64,000 nucleotides of DNA, taken from Nemertoderma westbladi. Lineage: Eukaryota; Animalia; Xenacoelomorpha. The DNA lies in assembly GCA_032718475.1 (NCBI GenBank), contig JAUCBJ010008499.1:1-64000 (forward strand). Reading direction: 5' to 3'. Below the pieces are notes generated by a model that worked only from the letters and a program-made list of their open reading frames with translations, was not told where the DNA came from and ran no database searches. Shown here piece after piece: positions 63,080-64,000 of the stretch (its first letter is position 1; the number at the start of each line of letters is the position of its first letter). The position numbers were made by a program, and so were the translations under genes.

Positions 63080-63139
63080 CTGTAAATATATGCGAAATCT
63101 AAAAGTATAGCAATTAACACACAGGATTATAATTAGTAC

Positions 63140-63420
63140 CGACAATACAATGAGGATAAGTCGACACCACAAATAGGAAACAATAAGCTCGGTCGGTAGG
63201 TCTAATAATAATTTTGTCCGTAACTTTAAAAAATATTGCACCTTTTCTCTAGTAGGCCCATACAAAATTTGGTTGAAAATGGTTAAAATCTTCAAAAGTT
63301 ATTTACGAATGAATTTTTCATTACAGACGGACGGACAGACAGACGGACAAACAGACGGACATGAAATTTTGCCTTATTTACTAATTATAATTGTGCGCTA
63401 AGGGTCGCCCCACAGCGAAT
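63140..63420 (-). mobile_element. Intronic HINE/DINE-1-like fragment
   Basis: (gacg/gaca)n microsatellite at 63323-63361 next to a gccccaca motif matching the tgtggggc end of the element at 32441. Confidence 0.5.
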
Positions 63421-64000
63421 TTAAAAATGATGAAATAAATTTGGTATTCGCTCTATTTTCAGTATTAAAGTTTACAAATAATGTAGTGTTTTTCACACGG
63501 CTTTCCGTGTCCTTTTCACACGGCTTTCCGTGTCCCTGCCCCCTCATAAACCACAAAAAATATCTGGGGGTGGTTGCGTGGCCCTCTACGGTTTCTATTT
63601 TTCAATTTGCATGTGTCGAATGTGGTTGTAAAATGCACATAAAATGGTTACCACATCAGAGAATAATCATTTTCAATTTATTCATTATTTATTATTATGT
63701 ATATTATTATATTTATGTTATATATTATTATGTATTCATCATTTTAAATTTCACTAAATAGATTTCACTCCTCCCTTATTTTCCATTTTCCTTTTCGGAT
63801 ACCACCTTTTTTGGCATGATTAATAATTTACATTATATTTTTCGTATTTACGTATTTTACTGTAGCATATTCTGAACGTAGCTACTCTTAACACCTTATC
63901 AGTTACCTACACGCGGCTGAATAAACGCCAGTATACATTTTATGGTAAACAAAACTAACTACCACCAACGGCTAAACAGTCACTGAGAGATAGGTACATT

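Overview
AT-rich animal (probably invertebrate) genomic DNA dominated by repeats. 1-12 kb: non-autonomous DNA transposons (MITEs with verifiable TIRs and 8-, 9- and 5-bp TSDs) plus a PIF1/Helitron-type helicase fragment. 12.0-24.1 kb: a nested cluster bounded by TAC...GTA inverted ends and a 6-bp TSD (IS3EU-like). It holds an internally deleted EnSpm/CACTA-like element, a decayed LINE RT, and a tRNA-derived SINE split by a Ty3/Gypsy (Mag-like) LTR element. In that Gypsy element, almost all of RT and RNase H is replaced in frame by a 12-bp repeat encoding (SDIT)n, while the integrase stays open. 25.3-26.8 kb: an intact single-exon amidase-signature gene with a CX3C motif. 27.9-58.1 kb: a ~30-kb array of a 26-bp satellite with kb-scale higher-order duplications, hairpin-like motifs at both edges, and one hAT-type insertion whose empty sites are visible in paralogous blocks. 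The array abuts the 3' end of a CRE-like RLE non-LTR retrotransposon. The window ends with a second 26-bp minisatellite and the last two coding exons of a FRAS1/FREM2/ECM3-family gene (minus strand). Family assignments come from motif recognition only; no database searches were run.
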